DNA of 64,000 nt from the NCBI RefSeq assembly GCF_009914755.1, contig NC_060946.1; one strand, given 5' to 3'. This DNA comes from the human T2T-CHM13v2.0 reference genome, Homo sapiens. The number at the start of each line of letters is the position of its first letter. Positions within the stretch are counted from its first letter, which is position 1. The translations under genes were made by a program, and so were the position numbers. This document shows positions 27,521-46,023 of the stretch, piece by piece. Under the pieces are notes generated by a model. The model had not been told where the DNA came from and searched no databases. It saw only the letters and a program-made list of their open reading frames with translations.

Positions 27521-29259
27521 TAGTCGTGTGGGTTTCTTCCTTCCTGGGAGCGGGCAGTGCCAGGGGCCTATGCTCTTGGAGATGGGAGGGCTGGCTGGGG
27601 CCCAGGTCCTGGGGCTTCTGATCTCTCTCCCCATTCCCAGCCTCTCCAAAAGAGGTACATAGAAGTGTTCCTGCCTCCCTAGAGGGAAGGAGATGAGGTA
27701 TAATCAGCAAGAAAGCCGGAGACTTCAGACAGTCGGGGCCTGCAGAGGGCGCTCTTGGGCGTCTCGTTGAGGGGACAGGGACTAAAGTGTGGGTGCATCA
27801 CTTACATGCGTGGGTCATCCTGGAGCCTCCTGGGAGTGTTAACAATCCATGTTTAGAAGAGGCAAACCTGCGGTCCCAAGAGGTCACAGAATTGATAAGG
27901 GTGTGCCTGTGGGTGGAGCTGGGCCATGTCCATGAATGGTGCCAGCCAGAAACACTCTGAGTCCCCAGTACAGCCCACTGCCAGGGTGCTGCGGCAGTGG
28001 TGCTAACTCAGCAAGGGCTCAGCCAGACCCAGGACTTTTTTGGCTAGGCCTTCCCTGCCTGGAATTTGACACCAGCTGAGACTAGGCCTGCACTGTTCAG
28101 CTGGATCTGCAGGTCTTGGGGAAGGAAACTTCTTGGGGTGTCATTTTACTAGCCTTTAACATACCTAGCACTTTACCCTCTGAGTCTCAGGAGAGCCCTG
28201 TGGCATCCTTATCCCTGCTTTTAAAGACAACCAAGACCCCTGGCCTGTTTTTGTTCACATTCTGACTGCAGAGCCTGTTGCATTCCACCATTTGGCATAT
28301 TTCTTCCCACAGGGTCCCTCTGAGCCCAGAAACAGCCAGTTACCACCCTCCCCAGAGCCAGAGACCTTTAAGCCCCTCTGTCAACTTCCTCTTCCCTACA
28401 GCCACCAGCCACCATTTTTGGCCTTGTTCACTATTAATTGTTCAGCATGAAATAAGCATCCATTTCATCACTCCTGTACCCGCTGCAGCCTGACTTCTGT
28501 CACCTGCTGCCCCTTGCTGCTTCTCCTTTCATTTGGTGCCATCTAACCCAGCCCTGAAAGAAGCCAGAGCTGCTCTCAGCATTTCCCACCCTGTCCTGCC
28601 TGGCTCTTCCTTCTCTCTCTGCTTCCTGGATATGGCATGGGGGAACCGGGCACCAACCCAGAACAGAGGGGAGCTGAGGGTACCATTGCTCCCAGTGCAG
28701 TGCAGTGCCTAGCCTGGTCCATGCCTGGTAAGTGGCCATTTCCCAGATTATTGGAACGTGTTCTTGTTCATAGAGGGCCCCTAGGGAACCCTGGAGGCCT
28801 CAGAGGATCAGAGTAGAAAGGACCACCGTGCAGAGGCGATAACTGAGGCCTTGGGAAGGAAGTCACTTCCAGAGAGCATTCCCCACCCGGTGCTGGCCAG
28901 GTTCAGAAACCCCCCTGTGGCTCCACATGTTGCCGTGGGTTTCTCCTACATCTTCCTCTGTGTGTCACTGGATGACACTGGATGACTGTCCCTGTATGTA
29001 CCAGACTGGGAGCTCCTTGCAGACCAGGCCATGTCAGCTCCAGCCCTGGCCTAGCACAGAGTGGACCCTCCAGACACGAATGCCGAGTGGGCGGATAACA
29101 GTGAACCGCTTGGCTAAGACACTGTTGCTGCCCCCACAGCCCCTGTGGCCCACCAGTCACCACCCCAACAGGTCCTTATCACTTTCACCTCCTCGTGAGA
29201 TGGGCCTCATTATAATCAGGTGGGCCTGATTATCCTACCAGTCTATGCCCCCTCACTTC

Positions 29260-31360
<2,101 letters not shown>

Positions 31361-31591
31361 TGAGATTATAGTATTATGCCTCTTCCAAAGCAGCCTGGTG
31401 AGGACAATCTCCCACTCCCACCCTAAAAAGGAATAAAGAAAATTGCAGCATGAACAAAACCAGAATGGAGAATGGGCCATTTCCTGGAGTGGTTTGAGCC
31501 AAGAGGGAGCTGCTCTTTGTCCGTGCTTGTTTCTGTGAGGGTCTCCTGGGCACAGCTGATAAACCACCCAAGTTTGAAAGACACACGTTAT

Positions 31592-31597
31592 TTTATT
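31592..31597 (-). terminator. YDJC: YDJC poly(A) signal
   Basis: TTTATT on + (AATAAA on -), about 300 nt past the YDJC stop. Confidence 0.8.
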
Positions 31598-31901
31598 AAT
31601 ATAGCCATCTCTCCCCACTGCCCCAGTGGTGAAGGTGTTTGCATTGCAACATGGAGGGGCACCAAATGCTCTGCGGGCCCTAGCCCGCTGCCACAGGCTA
31701 GGCCTGCCTGCAGCCAAGAAGGCTGCTCAAACTCTAGATGCCATTTGGAGGCATGAGGACCTGAGCCCAGAGGTGGCAGTGTCCTACCCAGGGAAGTCAA
31801 CAGATCGTGCTCCAGGTCCCAGCTCTGGGCTGGGCCAGGACTAAATCCTGGCTCCCCTTTCTTGGTACTAAGGGGATTAGTGCTTGGTTGTCTGTAGGGG
31901 G

Positions 31902-32271
31902 TCAGAGTAGGGAGGGTTCCAGGAAGGGTTCCAGAGTGGGCTCACAGGGGACCTCCTCCCCTGGCCTCTTGGAGTCCAGGTCGTCGAGGGCGCAAAGCTG
32001 CACGCCATCCTGGGCAAGCTGGGCCCGCAGCGTGGGCGCGGTGAGGACGCGCAGCTCATGCAGCCGCTCCCAAGAGCAAGAGAAAGCGTCGGGGCCTTCA
32101 CCGCAGCCGCCGGTGGGAGGCACACTGGGGTAGCCGGGGTGCGCCATCAGCTCGGCTGTCAGGGTGTGGCCCGCTAGGGTACCTTCCAGGACCCGCGCCA
32201 GGGCCCCGGACACGCGGTGAGCGGACATGTGCCGGCCGCAAGTGCTCAGGCCCACGAAGGCGTCTGTCCAC
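31902..32271 (-). CDS. YDJC: YDJC coding exon 5 (C-terminus ...EPFLEPSLL*)
   Basis: Acceptor ccccacag|G; WTDAFVGLSTCGRHMSAHRV...ELMAHPGYP...; the five exons total 972 nt = 323 aa + stop. Confidence 0.97.
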
Positions 32272-32493
32272 CTGTGGGGGGCGGGACATCAGAGGTGGGA
32301 CCAGGCCGGGCCATGGCCAAGGGCTAGGTAGGCTAGGGAAGGGACGGCGGGGTGGGAGGGGGTAACTGGGGTGGCGGCAGCGGTCGACGCCAGACTCGCT
32401 TCCGGGTTGAGAAACGGACACAGCTAGCCAGGTGAACAGCCAGTGCGGAGGGACAGAGGCAGCTATGGTAGGAGACGGGGCGGGGAGCCTCAC

Positions 32494-32671
32494 CGCAGGC
32501 CGTGGCGGGAGAAGGGGCCCACGGCGGCCCGGGCGTCGCGCTCCACGGCGCAGGCGAAGGCACGCGCGGGGGCCTCCAGCCAAGTGCAGCCACCCACACC
32601 GCGCTCCAGCGGCAGTCGCGTAAAGCGCACCCCATAGGCCTGCAGCGCCTCGGCGAACACCTGGCACACGC
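32494..32671 (-). CDS. YDJC: YDJC coding exon 4
   Basis: cgcag|GCGTGTGC...CTGCG|gtgagg; 178 nt; GVCQVFAEALQAYGVRFTRLPLERG... Confidence 0.97.
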
Positions 32672-32791
32672 CTGCGGGCGGAGCGGGTCAGGGAGGAGCA
32701 CGTCCTTTCACCTGGGGGCATCGAACTTCCCCTACTCCCCCAGCCCCGCCTGGGAGTAACGCCCTCCAAACTGGGATCACTAACCACGCAC

Positions 32792-32891
32792 CTGGGAGCA
32801 CGTGCACGTGCTGGTGCCCGTCCGCGTGCGTGGGGGCCCTGCCCAGCAGCTCCCGGAAGCAGCTTAGTTGGGCCTCGAGCTCCTCCCGCAC
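32792..32891 (-). CDS. YDJC: YDJC coding exon 3 with the HxDxHQHVH metal-binding motif
   Basis: ctag|GTGCGG...CCAG|gtgcgt; 100 nt; [33 protein letters not shown]. Confidence 0.97.
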
Positions 32892-33085
32892 CTAGAGGGC
32901 GAGCGAGAGACACCTTGAGCGACCGGGAGTAGCTGCCGAGGATACCCTCCTCGTGCTTCCGTGTGATGGCTCCAGTGTTTGAATGCGGAAGTCATCCACC
33001 GCCAGCTCCTAACGGCCTCACAGTACCCTCCGGGCGGAGCTCTGGGGGTCCTCGCGAGCATCCTCCTGTAGCTGCGGCTCCGCAC

Positions 33086-33245
33086 CTGAGGCAAATCCAC
33101 GTCTCCGGCCGCCACCGCCTCCCGGAATCCCATCTTGCCAAGGAAGAAGCCTTCCGGGCCGAGCAGCGATGAGGCGCCACGGCGGGCCGGACCCACGGGG
33201 CGGCCCTCGGACAGGTTGGCGTGGAGGCCCGTGGGGATGCTGTGC
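33086..33245 (-). CDS. YDJC: YDJC coding exon 2
   Basis: ctcag|GCAC...CAG|gtgcgg; 160 nt; HSIPTGLHANLSEGRP...DVDLPQ. Confidence 0.97.
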
Positions 33246-33334
33246 CTGAGGGCGGAGCGCGAGCTGGAGCACTAGCGGCCGCGGAGCCGCGCGCCCCAAG
33301 CCGATCGCCGCCCTGCTAGAGGCCCTCCCCTCAC

Positions 33335-33498
33335 CTGCGGGCCAGCTCCGCCGCGCTCTCCGTGGCCGCACCGTTGACCAGCAGGGACACGCTGGTCACA
33401 GCCCCGGCCAGAAAGGCCTCCACGATACCCTCATCGCGTCGCGGGCAGTAACCAAAGTCGTCCGCGGTGACCACCAGGCGCATGCGAGGGCGGGACAT
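33335..33498 (-). CDS. YDJC: YDJC coding exon 1; YdjC/ChbG-family carbohydrate deacetylase homolog
   Basis: gcggccATGTCC; [29 protein letters not shown]...; the TADDFG motif is characteristic of the family; donor AG|gtgagg. Confidence 0.98.
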
Positions 33499-33499
33499 G

Positions 33500-33700
33500 G
33501 CCGCCTGGGTCCACCGCTCGCGCTCCCAGGGGAGTGGGCCGGACAGCCCAGGCCCCGCCCCCGGACGCTGCCCGGGCCCCGCCCCGACGCACACGCCCAG
33601 GTGCGGCTGCACTTCGCCTTTGTTCTCGCCACCTAGCGGTCCGGCGTGCCCCTGCAAGGACCCGGCAACTGCTCCCGCGCTAACCAGACCAGTGATGGAT
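33500..33700 (-). promoter_or_regulatory. YDJC: YDJC CpG-island promoter
   Basis: CpG-dense; GC boxes CCCCGCCCC at 33553 and 33577. Confidence 0.75.
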
Positions 33701-33766
33701 TCATTGCAATGCGGAACTTTCCTTGACTGCAAAAGTGATATTTAATATGTAAAATATCAAAAGGAA

Positions 33767-35600
<1,834 letters not shown>

Positions 35601-36119
35601 AAGAATACACAAGGCTCCACTGGGTTACTGGGTGTGCTGTAGGGAGATTTTATTGAATCCCATACTCCCATATTGGAAGAACACTCAAGCCCATTTACAG
35701 TGTGGGACTAATGCTGAGAGGTTGAGTCACATTGGCAGGAAAGAGCAGAGCCAGGAACTGAAGCTAGGTCTGTGACTTAGAGCCGGCACTCTTTCCACTG
35801 CAGAGGGGAGAGGTCTCAAGGCAGAACCTGGGGCTGTGCACACCGCGGGAAGGGCAGAGGCCCCTGGAAACGAACAGGAGCAGGAGGCCCAGGGCTGCGC
35901 AGCAACCAAGGAGGACACGAGGAAGGTGCTTGTGCCACCGGTGGAAGACGTGGCTTTGGCTTTTAGGCTCCCCTCGGGGCAGGAGCAGATCAAAGAGCCT
36001 AGCCCCAGCTTCGGTGGTGGGTGGGGGGTCCTCCCGGCAGCGGGGAGCGTGGGCACCAGCATCCTCAGCCTGCGGCTCCCAGGCGAGTGTGGGAGGGCAG
36101 AGCCCAGAGAATTGGAGGT

Positions 36120-36311
36120 GGGGCCAATGTGGGCCCCGCCCCCAACCATTGTGTCGGAGAGGGAAGTGGACGAGCTCCTCGGTAAGAACCAATGAGGATG
36201 TGGTATGCAAATAAGCAAGTGGAGGCCGCCAGCCGACTTCCTCGCACTGTGCAGCTGCTCCAGTGAGGGCGCAGACTGTACTGGCCTGTGCGGAGCAAGG
36301 CGGTGTTTCTG
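36120..36311 (+). promoter_or_regulatory. CCDC116: CCDC116 promoter and probable non-coding first exon
   Basis: CCAAT at 36124 and 36189, GC box 36134-36143, octamer ATGCAAAT 36205-36212, donor TG|gtgagt at 36311/36312. Confidence 0.6.
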
Positions 36312-36665
36312 GTGAGTCTGTTGATTCTGGGCTGGGGTGAAAGCCAGGTTGCCCAGGGTTTGGGAGGAGGGCGGGTCGAGCACACGCAGATCCAAAGATG
36401 ATCGGAGACAGGATTGTCCTCAGCGATTCCACCCCGATGACTCTGGAAACTGCCTGCCTGCAGACGCATGGGGGCCATGGAGCAGAGGAAGGGCTGGATG
36501 CATGAAGGAGGCGGGGTGCGGGGAGCGAGGGACCCGCAGACTCCAGGGCCACAGATGCGTGGACCTATTGGAGACCCTCAGGTTGTCTCCCCACCCCACG
36601 CAGAGAGGAATGCGCAGCTGAAGAGAGAGGTGGGCAGCAGGCCCGGTCACCTGCCAGGTGACCAC

Positions 36666-36737
36666 ATGGCCAGGTGCCGCCACCACTCGGGTTACCTGGC
36701 CGATGACGAGGCCAGCCACTCCATGTGCAGTGCACGG
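36666..36737 (+). CDS. CCDC116: CCDC116 first coding exon
   Basis: cacATGG; MARCRHHSGYLADDEASHSMCSAR|gtaagt; upstream acceptor cgcag at 36603. Confidence 0.93.
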
Positions 36738-37505
36738 GTAAGTGTGCCCAGCAGGGCGCCGACCCTTGAGGCCACAACATGTTCCCCACCAACCCTGGCA
36801 CCCAAGACCACAACCCCCATTTCTCATTGTCTATTGACTTCTCTGGGCCTCTTAGTGAAGTCCTTATTGCCTTGACTTCTCCTATGTCCCCCACTGCTTG
36901 CCCCTGTCACACTCAATTTCATTCCTTGTTTCCTCCTGACTTCCAGCGACCCAGAAGGTGCTTGGGTGGACTGGGACCCTAGAGTGGGAGCATGGAGTTG
37001 ACTAGGTGCCTATGGCTCAAGTTGGAGAAACAGGCCCGGGTAGCACAGGGCTCAAGACCTCAGGTGTTGTCTGCACTCAAGACCTCAGATGTTGTTTGCA
37101 GCCCTGCCATGGATACAGGGATGGCCTGCTGCATGGACAGATGAGGAGCTGGAGGGAGACTCCGAGAGATTCATGATTGCTCATCCTGCCACGTGTCAGG
37201 GCAGAAGCAGGCTTGCAGACTCCTTAGCCAGGACTTGTGTGTGTGAAATGTAGGTGTTAGGAAAGCTTCGGGGTGACCCTGAATAGACCTCCACTTTGCA
37301 GATGAGGACATTGGACCTCAAGAGGGGCCATCTTGCACACTGGCATCAGGCTGTAGGTGGCAGAGCCAGGGTCCAAACCCAGGGCTTCCAGACTCCAAAA
37401 TGCAGCTCCTTCCACTACTCACTCCCACCCAGGTCCTAGTGTTACCCCAGGGAACCCTTCACCTGTAGGGCACCCCTGCCCCCTGTGACATACCTGTCTG
37501 CTCAG

Positions 37506-38054
37506 GTGCAGCTGCCCAAGAAGCCACTGGTCCCAGAAATGCGGCCAGCCTGCAAGCCGGGCCGTGTGCCACACCCACCATCCACATGTGGCAGCTCAGC
37601 ACTCCAGGGCCAACGCCGAAACAAGAGGCACCCTCAGCCCTTTGGCCACTTTCTGGATTTCCTAACTGAGAGCCAGGTCCTGGACAGCCTGGAGACAGTG
37701 GTGGAGAAGGCGACTGAGCGCATGGCTGCCATGAAGACGGAGGCTGGGGTGCCGCTTGTGGAGGTGCAGGACCCAGTGGAGGTGCCAAGTGGTGGACGGC
37801 GGGCACATGCCCGGCCCAGCCTCAGCACCGTACACCGGCACCGTGTACGGCCGACCCTCTGCACTGGACACCCCAACAACTACCCATCCAGCTCCAGCTC
37901 CATGTCCAACTGCCATAGCAGCCTCATGGCCGGCTGTCTGGGCTCCCACAGCCGGGACAGTGACCTAGGTGCCCAAGGCTCATTGCCACCTGTGAGGGAC
38001 AAACTCCTGCTGGAGAAGAACCTCAAGTGGCTGCTACAGCTGGAGAGGGAAGGG
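37506..38054 (+). CDS. CCDC116: CCDC116 second coding exon
   Basis: ctcag|GTGCAG...GAAGGG|gtgaga; 549 nt, phase 0. Confidence 0.93.
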
Positions 38055-38168
38055 GTGAGAGCCAGGGCCATGGCTGGGTGGGGTGGACTCCCATGGAGAG
38101 CCCAGGGCTAGGGTCAGCCCTGGCTTGGCTGCTCCTGAACACTTCACAGAGTCACCCTCTTTCTGCAG

Positions 38169-38750
38169 AAAGGCCTCAGTCAGTCCTGCTCCCAGAGGGA
38201 CTCCCTGCTGTGGGATTCGCTGGGTAGCCAGACCAGCTTTCAGTGGACACAGGAGCAGCCCTTGTCCTGGTTCTCAGGGCTGCTGGGCTCAAGCTCTGGC
38301 GTGCCTGAAGCATCAGAGCCGAGGCCTGGAGAACAGGAGCCAATCTTCCGCAAGCGAGAGTTCAATAAGGAGATCAAGTCATTACTGAGCCAGCTGGAGT
38401 CCCTCGACCTGCCTGGCTACTGTCCGCTCCGTGAGCCCCATCGCACGCTGAACTTCCTGGCTGACCACCGCCTCTTCCCTGCCCTGCAAAGCGTGGTCAG
38501 CCAGGCTGTGGATAAGCTCTGTGGCGCCCACTGCCGCGACGGCCGTCCTCTGTTCCCCACCAGCTTGGAGCCCACCTCAGATCTGCCGCCTCTGGGCTCT
38601 GAGCCAGCTAAACCCACCAATGGCGGGCAGCCCTATGCTTCCCCCCGCCCCACAGTCTCCAGCCCCAAGATGCTTCAGAGAAAACGCAAGGACAGAGGAG
38701 GCTCCCCCTCCATGTCTAGTGCCCAGGTGGCCACCAGATTCAAACTCAAG
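38169..38750 (+). CDS. CCDC116: CCDC116 third coding exon
   Basis: ttctgcag|AAAGGC...CTCAAG|gtgaca; 582 nt, phase 0; the frame stays open to TAG at 39128 if unspliced. Confidence 0.9.
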
Positions 38751-39260
38751 GTGACACCCACGGAGAAGCCCAATGTCCCCAGCCCCTCACTCCACTCCAG
38801 GGAGGAGGCACCTGACTCAGATCCCAAATTACAAAACCCACCTGTTTCCCTGAGCTCCAGCCAGAGGGCCCAGCCCTGGCAGGGCCTGCACCTCACCCTG
38901 CCCACGCCAGGGATTGTGGTGGAGGTGGCCTGCAGCCAGGGCCACCTCAGGGGCCCTGTCACACCTCCACTTTCCTCCCCCTACCCCCGCTCTTCCTGCT
39001 ACCTTCTCCCTGAGCTCTCTCCAGTTGCCTCTTCATCTCCCGCCTCACTGTGTCCAGAGGTGACCTCCTCAAAAGTAGGACCGGGCATGAGTTTGCAGGA
39101 GAAGGGCTCCTTGACCCACCACTCCTAGCAGCCACTGTCACTAACAGGTGCTCAAGGTCAAGGTCTCTTGCCCTGCACTGTGGAAACCTCCTGGGCAGGG
39201 GTCAAGCTGATGGGGGCCCATGAATCCTGGCCTAGCTATTACCAGGTGTTGTCACAGATA

Positions 39261-39266
39261 AATAAA
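39261..39266 (+). terminator. CCDC116: CCDC116 proximal (intronic) poly(A) signal
   Basis: AATAAA 133 nt after the read-through stop at 39128, followed by a U-rich tract. Confidence 0.65.
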
Positions 39267-39915
39267 GGCTATTTTTTATGCTGGGTATTTTTTCTAACGT
39301 TTGTATGTGAATCTAGAGACGCTCCTACATGGGGGTGGAAAGTCCCGTCCCTTGTGGACAGCAGCCCAAGCCCAGCCGGGGCCTTGCCTCCTAGGTCTAG
39401 CTCCCTTGAATCCAGCTGCCTCGAGCAGGACTCTCCAGTCCCTGGACTTTGCTGAGGGGAAGTTGCCCAGGGAGGATGTGTACAAGACGTAGGTGGCCTC
39501 ACACTGGTGGGTCTCCAGCACGGTCCCTCGACCCTTTCCTCAGCCATCAAGGCCCCTGCAGCTGTCTCTGGGCACAGGCCTGGGCAGGAGCCTGCCCAAA
39601 CCCAGTTGTCAAGGCTCAGATTAGCCTTACCCTGTGACAGGTCCCTGCCCTTGCCCCAGGCCCAACAGTTGTAGGAGGTGTGATGGCGAGGTGAGCATGA
39701 GAGTGGGCAGTTGAGTGCAACAGCATAGCAGGTGTGGTAAGGCTGTACCCTTCGTGTGGCAAATGTGTTTGTCACACTAAGGGTACCCATTCATGTTTGT
39801 GATGGGCAGGGCTGGCAGGGCTCTGAGGAGGGCACAGTGGCTGGAAGGGGTGTCACAGAGGGATGGGGCTGGCAGGTGTGACATGTGTCCCTTTCCCTCC
39901 CCGGCTGCTATGCAG

Positions 39916-40554
39916 AGCCCCTGCAGCAGCAGCAGGTTCACGAAGAAGAAGCCGCTGCCCTCCATCTCGTCGAAGTCCAGCATGTCTCACTTCTCCAACC
40001 GCCTTTATGAGGAGCTCGCCGACTTCCTGACCCAGCAGGCAGCCTCCTTGGTCATCCGCAAGTACGAGTTCGAAAAGGACCTCAGTAAGCAGCTGGGCTT
40101 CTTCTCCTTCCCCATCACCCACGTGCTCAGGGACCTTTCCCTGGGCTTAAAGAAGGTAAAAGGCTCCCGCATCCACCTGTCCTCGGAGACCCACCGGAGC
40201 TGCCTGCTGCGTAAACTGGAGGAGTCCAAAAGGGCCCGGCAGGCCTCCCGGCTCAGCACCTCCCACCGCAGCACAGAGACACCCTCTGTGCAGCAGGAAC
40301 CAGCCACCCACACTGCCCAGGACCAGGCCACAGAGCCCTGCCGCTCCCTCTACACCAACTTGCCAGCCAGCCGGCAGCTCAGCCCTTTGGAGCCCAAGCT
40401 CTACATGTCTGCCTGCACCGGCATGGGTTCCAGTCCCCCCAAGTCCAAGGACATGGACAATGAGGGCCGTGATAAAGCCGAGATTGAAGATGAAGATGAG
40501 GATGAGTTCAAGGATGAAGACCAGGATGAGGACAAGGATGAGGATGGAGTCTAG
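39916..40554 (+). CDS. CCDC116: CCDC116 last coding exon with acidic tail; spliced product 613 aa
   Basis: tgcag|AGCCCC...EDEDEDEFKDEDQDEDKDEDGV*; 72+549+582+639 nt = 614 codons including stop. Confidence 0.92.
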   Translation, partial: SPCSSSRFTKKKPLPSISSKSSMSHFSNRLYEELADFLTQQAASLVIRKYEFEKDLSKQLGFFSFPITHVLRDLSLGLKKVKGSRIHLSSETHRSCLLRKLEESKRARQASRLSTSHRSTETPSVQQEPATHTAQDQATEPCRSLYTNLPASRQLSPLEPKLYMSACTGMGSSPPKSKDMDNEGRDKAEIEDEDEDEFKDEDQDEDKDEDGV

Positions 40555-40770
40555 AGCCTCCCAGAGCCTGGAGAGGAGGCCTCGGTCAGCCACTCCGTGG
40601 ACGTGGGCCACGGTGACCCACCATGAAGTCCCCACTAGCCACTCGATTCCCTGCTCTGTCAGAGTTGCTGCACATCACACCAGCCCCTGCCAAGAGCAGG
40701 AGTCACCACAGGCTGAATGCCCACGAGGAGCTCTGCTGAGACTCTCAAGGGAGCCAGTGAAAGAAATAGA

Positions 40771-40776
40771 AATAAA
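40771..40776 (+). terminator. CCDC116: CCDC116 distal poly(A) signal
   Basis: AATAAA followed by GU-rich sequence. Confidence 0.75.
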
Positions 40777-40869
40777 GCCTGTGTTGCTGGGACACAGGTT
40801 TGCTGTCCTGAGATTTCAGCCGCCATTTTATTTATTTACTTATTTGTTTATTTATATTTAAGATGAAGT

Positions 40870-44500
<3,631 letters not shown>

Positions 44501-45439
44501 GAGTATATATCCATCGCCTCTCAGATAGTACTTCAGCTCTTCCACCCTAGACTGGAGACCCCTCAAGTGCAGGGACTACCAAATCCAGGGCAGACTGACT
44601 TTTAACCGTTTGGACACCTAAATGCTGAAAAGATCAAGGTGTCTTATACTACATGTAACTCAAAATCAAAACAGTATTAAACACGAAACCCCCAAAATAA
44701 CATGTTGCTGTAATGAAAATGGCTTTACTCTGGATTTTCTGAACGCAAAATTCTGGATGATTTAATTAAATATGAACTTTTCTCTCTGCTTTGCCTGTGC
44801 TTCAACTACACCCTAGTCAGACTCTTGAGCCCAGAGCTATTTGCTCTGTGACCCCACAGGATCTGGAGTGAAGCTGCTGTAACAATGTCCCATGAATGAA
44901 TAAATAAACAGAGGTGTAAGTTTTCCTCCCTTGAAGGTTGAGCTGACAACACTCTGAGAAGGCGGCAAGAAGGAGACCTACTCATGGCCAGGAGACCTGG
45001 GACACGGTCGCCCAGGCATGGTTCCCACAGCCCCTTGGTCTCCTTTGACTCTGGTTTCCTAAGACAGCTTTGGGACTTTCTGGTGAGAAGCTGCCATTAT
45101 TCTCAACGCTACAGCTCCCTGCTGCCCTCTCCTGCCCGATGACCCAGTGACCACGAGATTTAGCCACGAAAGGAGTCAAATGTATAAGTGGCCAGGGGAA
45201 TTCAGAAACCCCAGGGTCTAGGGACTGTGGTGACCCAGTATCAGAGAGGGCCTAGGGCCGAATGACTGGAGGTTTCATTAATCCCGGGGTCCAGGGACTT
45301 AAGGACTGATCCCGATTCAGTGACCCCGGGATCTGTCGACTTTGTGACCACAAAATCTAGCGATCCAACAACCTCAAGACCCTGCAGCTGCGGGCCCAGG
45401 TTCTGAGGGGAGAGACTCATTACTGAGTGCCCAGGAGTC

Positions 45440-45836
45440 CAGGATCAAGGGGCGTCGTGAAAACGTGCCTGCAGGGTCCTAGGATCCTGAGCCGGTGTCC
45501 AGGGACTCACCGGCTGCGAGGAGCCGCGTCTTCACCAACTGTTCACGCTCACTCTCCGCGGCTCGGAGACTCAGCCGCCCTTCCCTGGGCACTCATTGGT
45601 AAGTCCTCGGAAGCGTGGACCAATCAAAACCCTCCTCGTGTCTCCAGTCCCCGCCCAGCTACGGCTCTCGCGAACCGGGGGCGGGCCCTCCCCGCGCTGA
45701 CCCAGTGGCAGTGCAAGCGGAGTGCCGCGCGGGCCGACTATTGGCTGCCGCAAGCGGGCGCTGTCAGAACCGGATTGGGCCGCGGCGGGGACGGAAGCGG
45801 CCCCTGGGCCCGAGGGGCTGGAGCCGGGCCGGGGCG
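45440..45836 (+). promoter_or_regulatory. SDF2L1: SDF2L1 CpG-island promoter with ERSE-II and several CCAAT boxes
   Basis: CGTGGACCAAT 45614-45624; ATTGG at 45595, 45740 and 45774; GC box near 45649; CGGAAG near 45792. Confidence 0.8.
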
Positions 45837-46023
45837 ATGTGGAGCGCGGGCCGCGGCGGGGCTGCCTGGCCGGTGCTGTTGGGGCTGCTGCTGGCGCTGT
45901 TAGTGCCGGGCGGTGGTGCCGCCAAGACCGGTGCGGAGCTCGTGACCTGCGGGTCGGTGCTGAAGCTGCTCAATACGCACCACCGCGTGCGGCTGCACTC
46001 GCACGACATCAAATACGGATCCG
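45837..46023 (+). CDS. SDF2L1: SDF2L1 exon 1: signal peptide and start of the first MIR domain
   Basis: MWSAGRGGAAWPVLLGLLLALLVPGGGAAKTGAELVTCGSVLKLLNTHHRVRLHSHDIKYGS; G|gtgcgt. Confidence 0.98.

Noticed and set aside
26948-27523. 191-aa ORF in the UBE2L3 3'UTR
   Set aside because: No domain or codon bias, and it spans the poly(A) site; likely chance
33499-33732. N-terminal extension of YDJC in the ORF track
   Set aside because: Starts at TTG with no upstream ATG and runs through the promoter GC boxes
35727-36552. Minus-strand ORFs of 222 and 262 aa
   Set aside because: Low-complexity Pro/Ser-rich frames over a GC-rich promoter; no recognisable domain or splice structure
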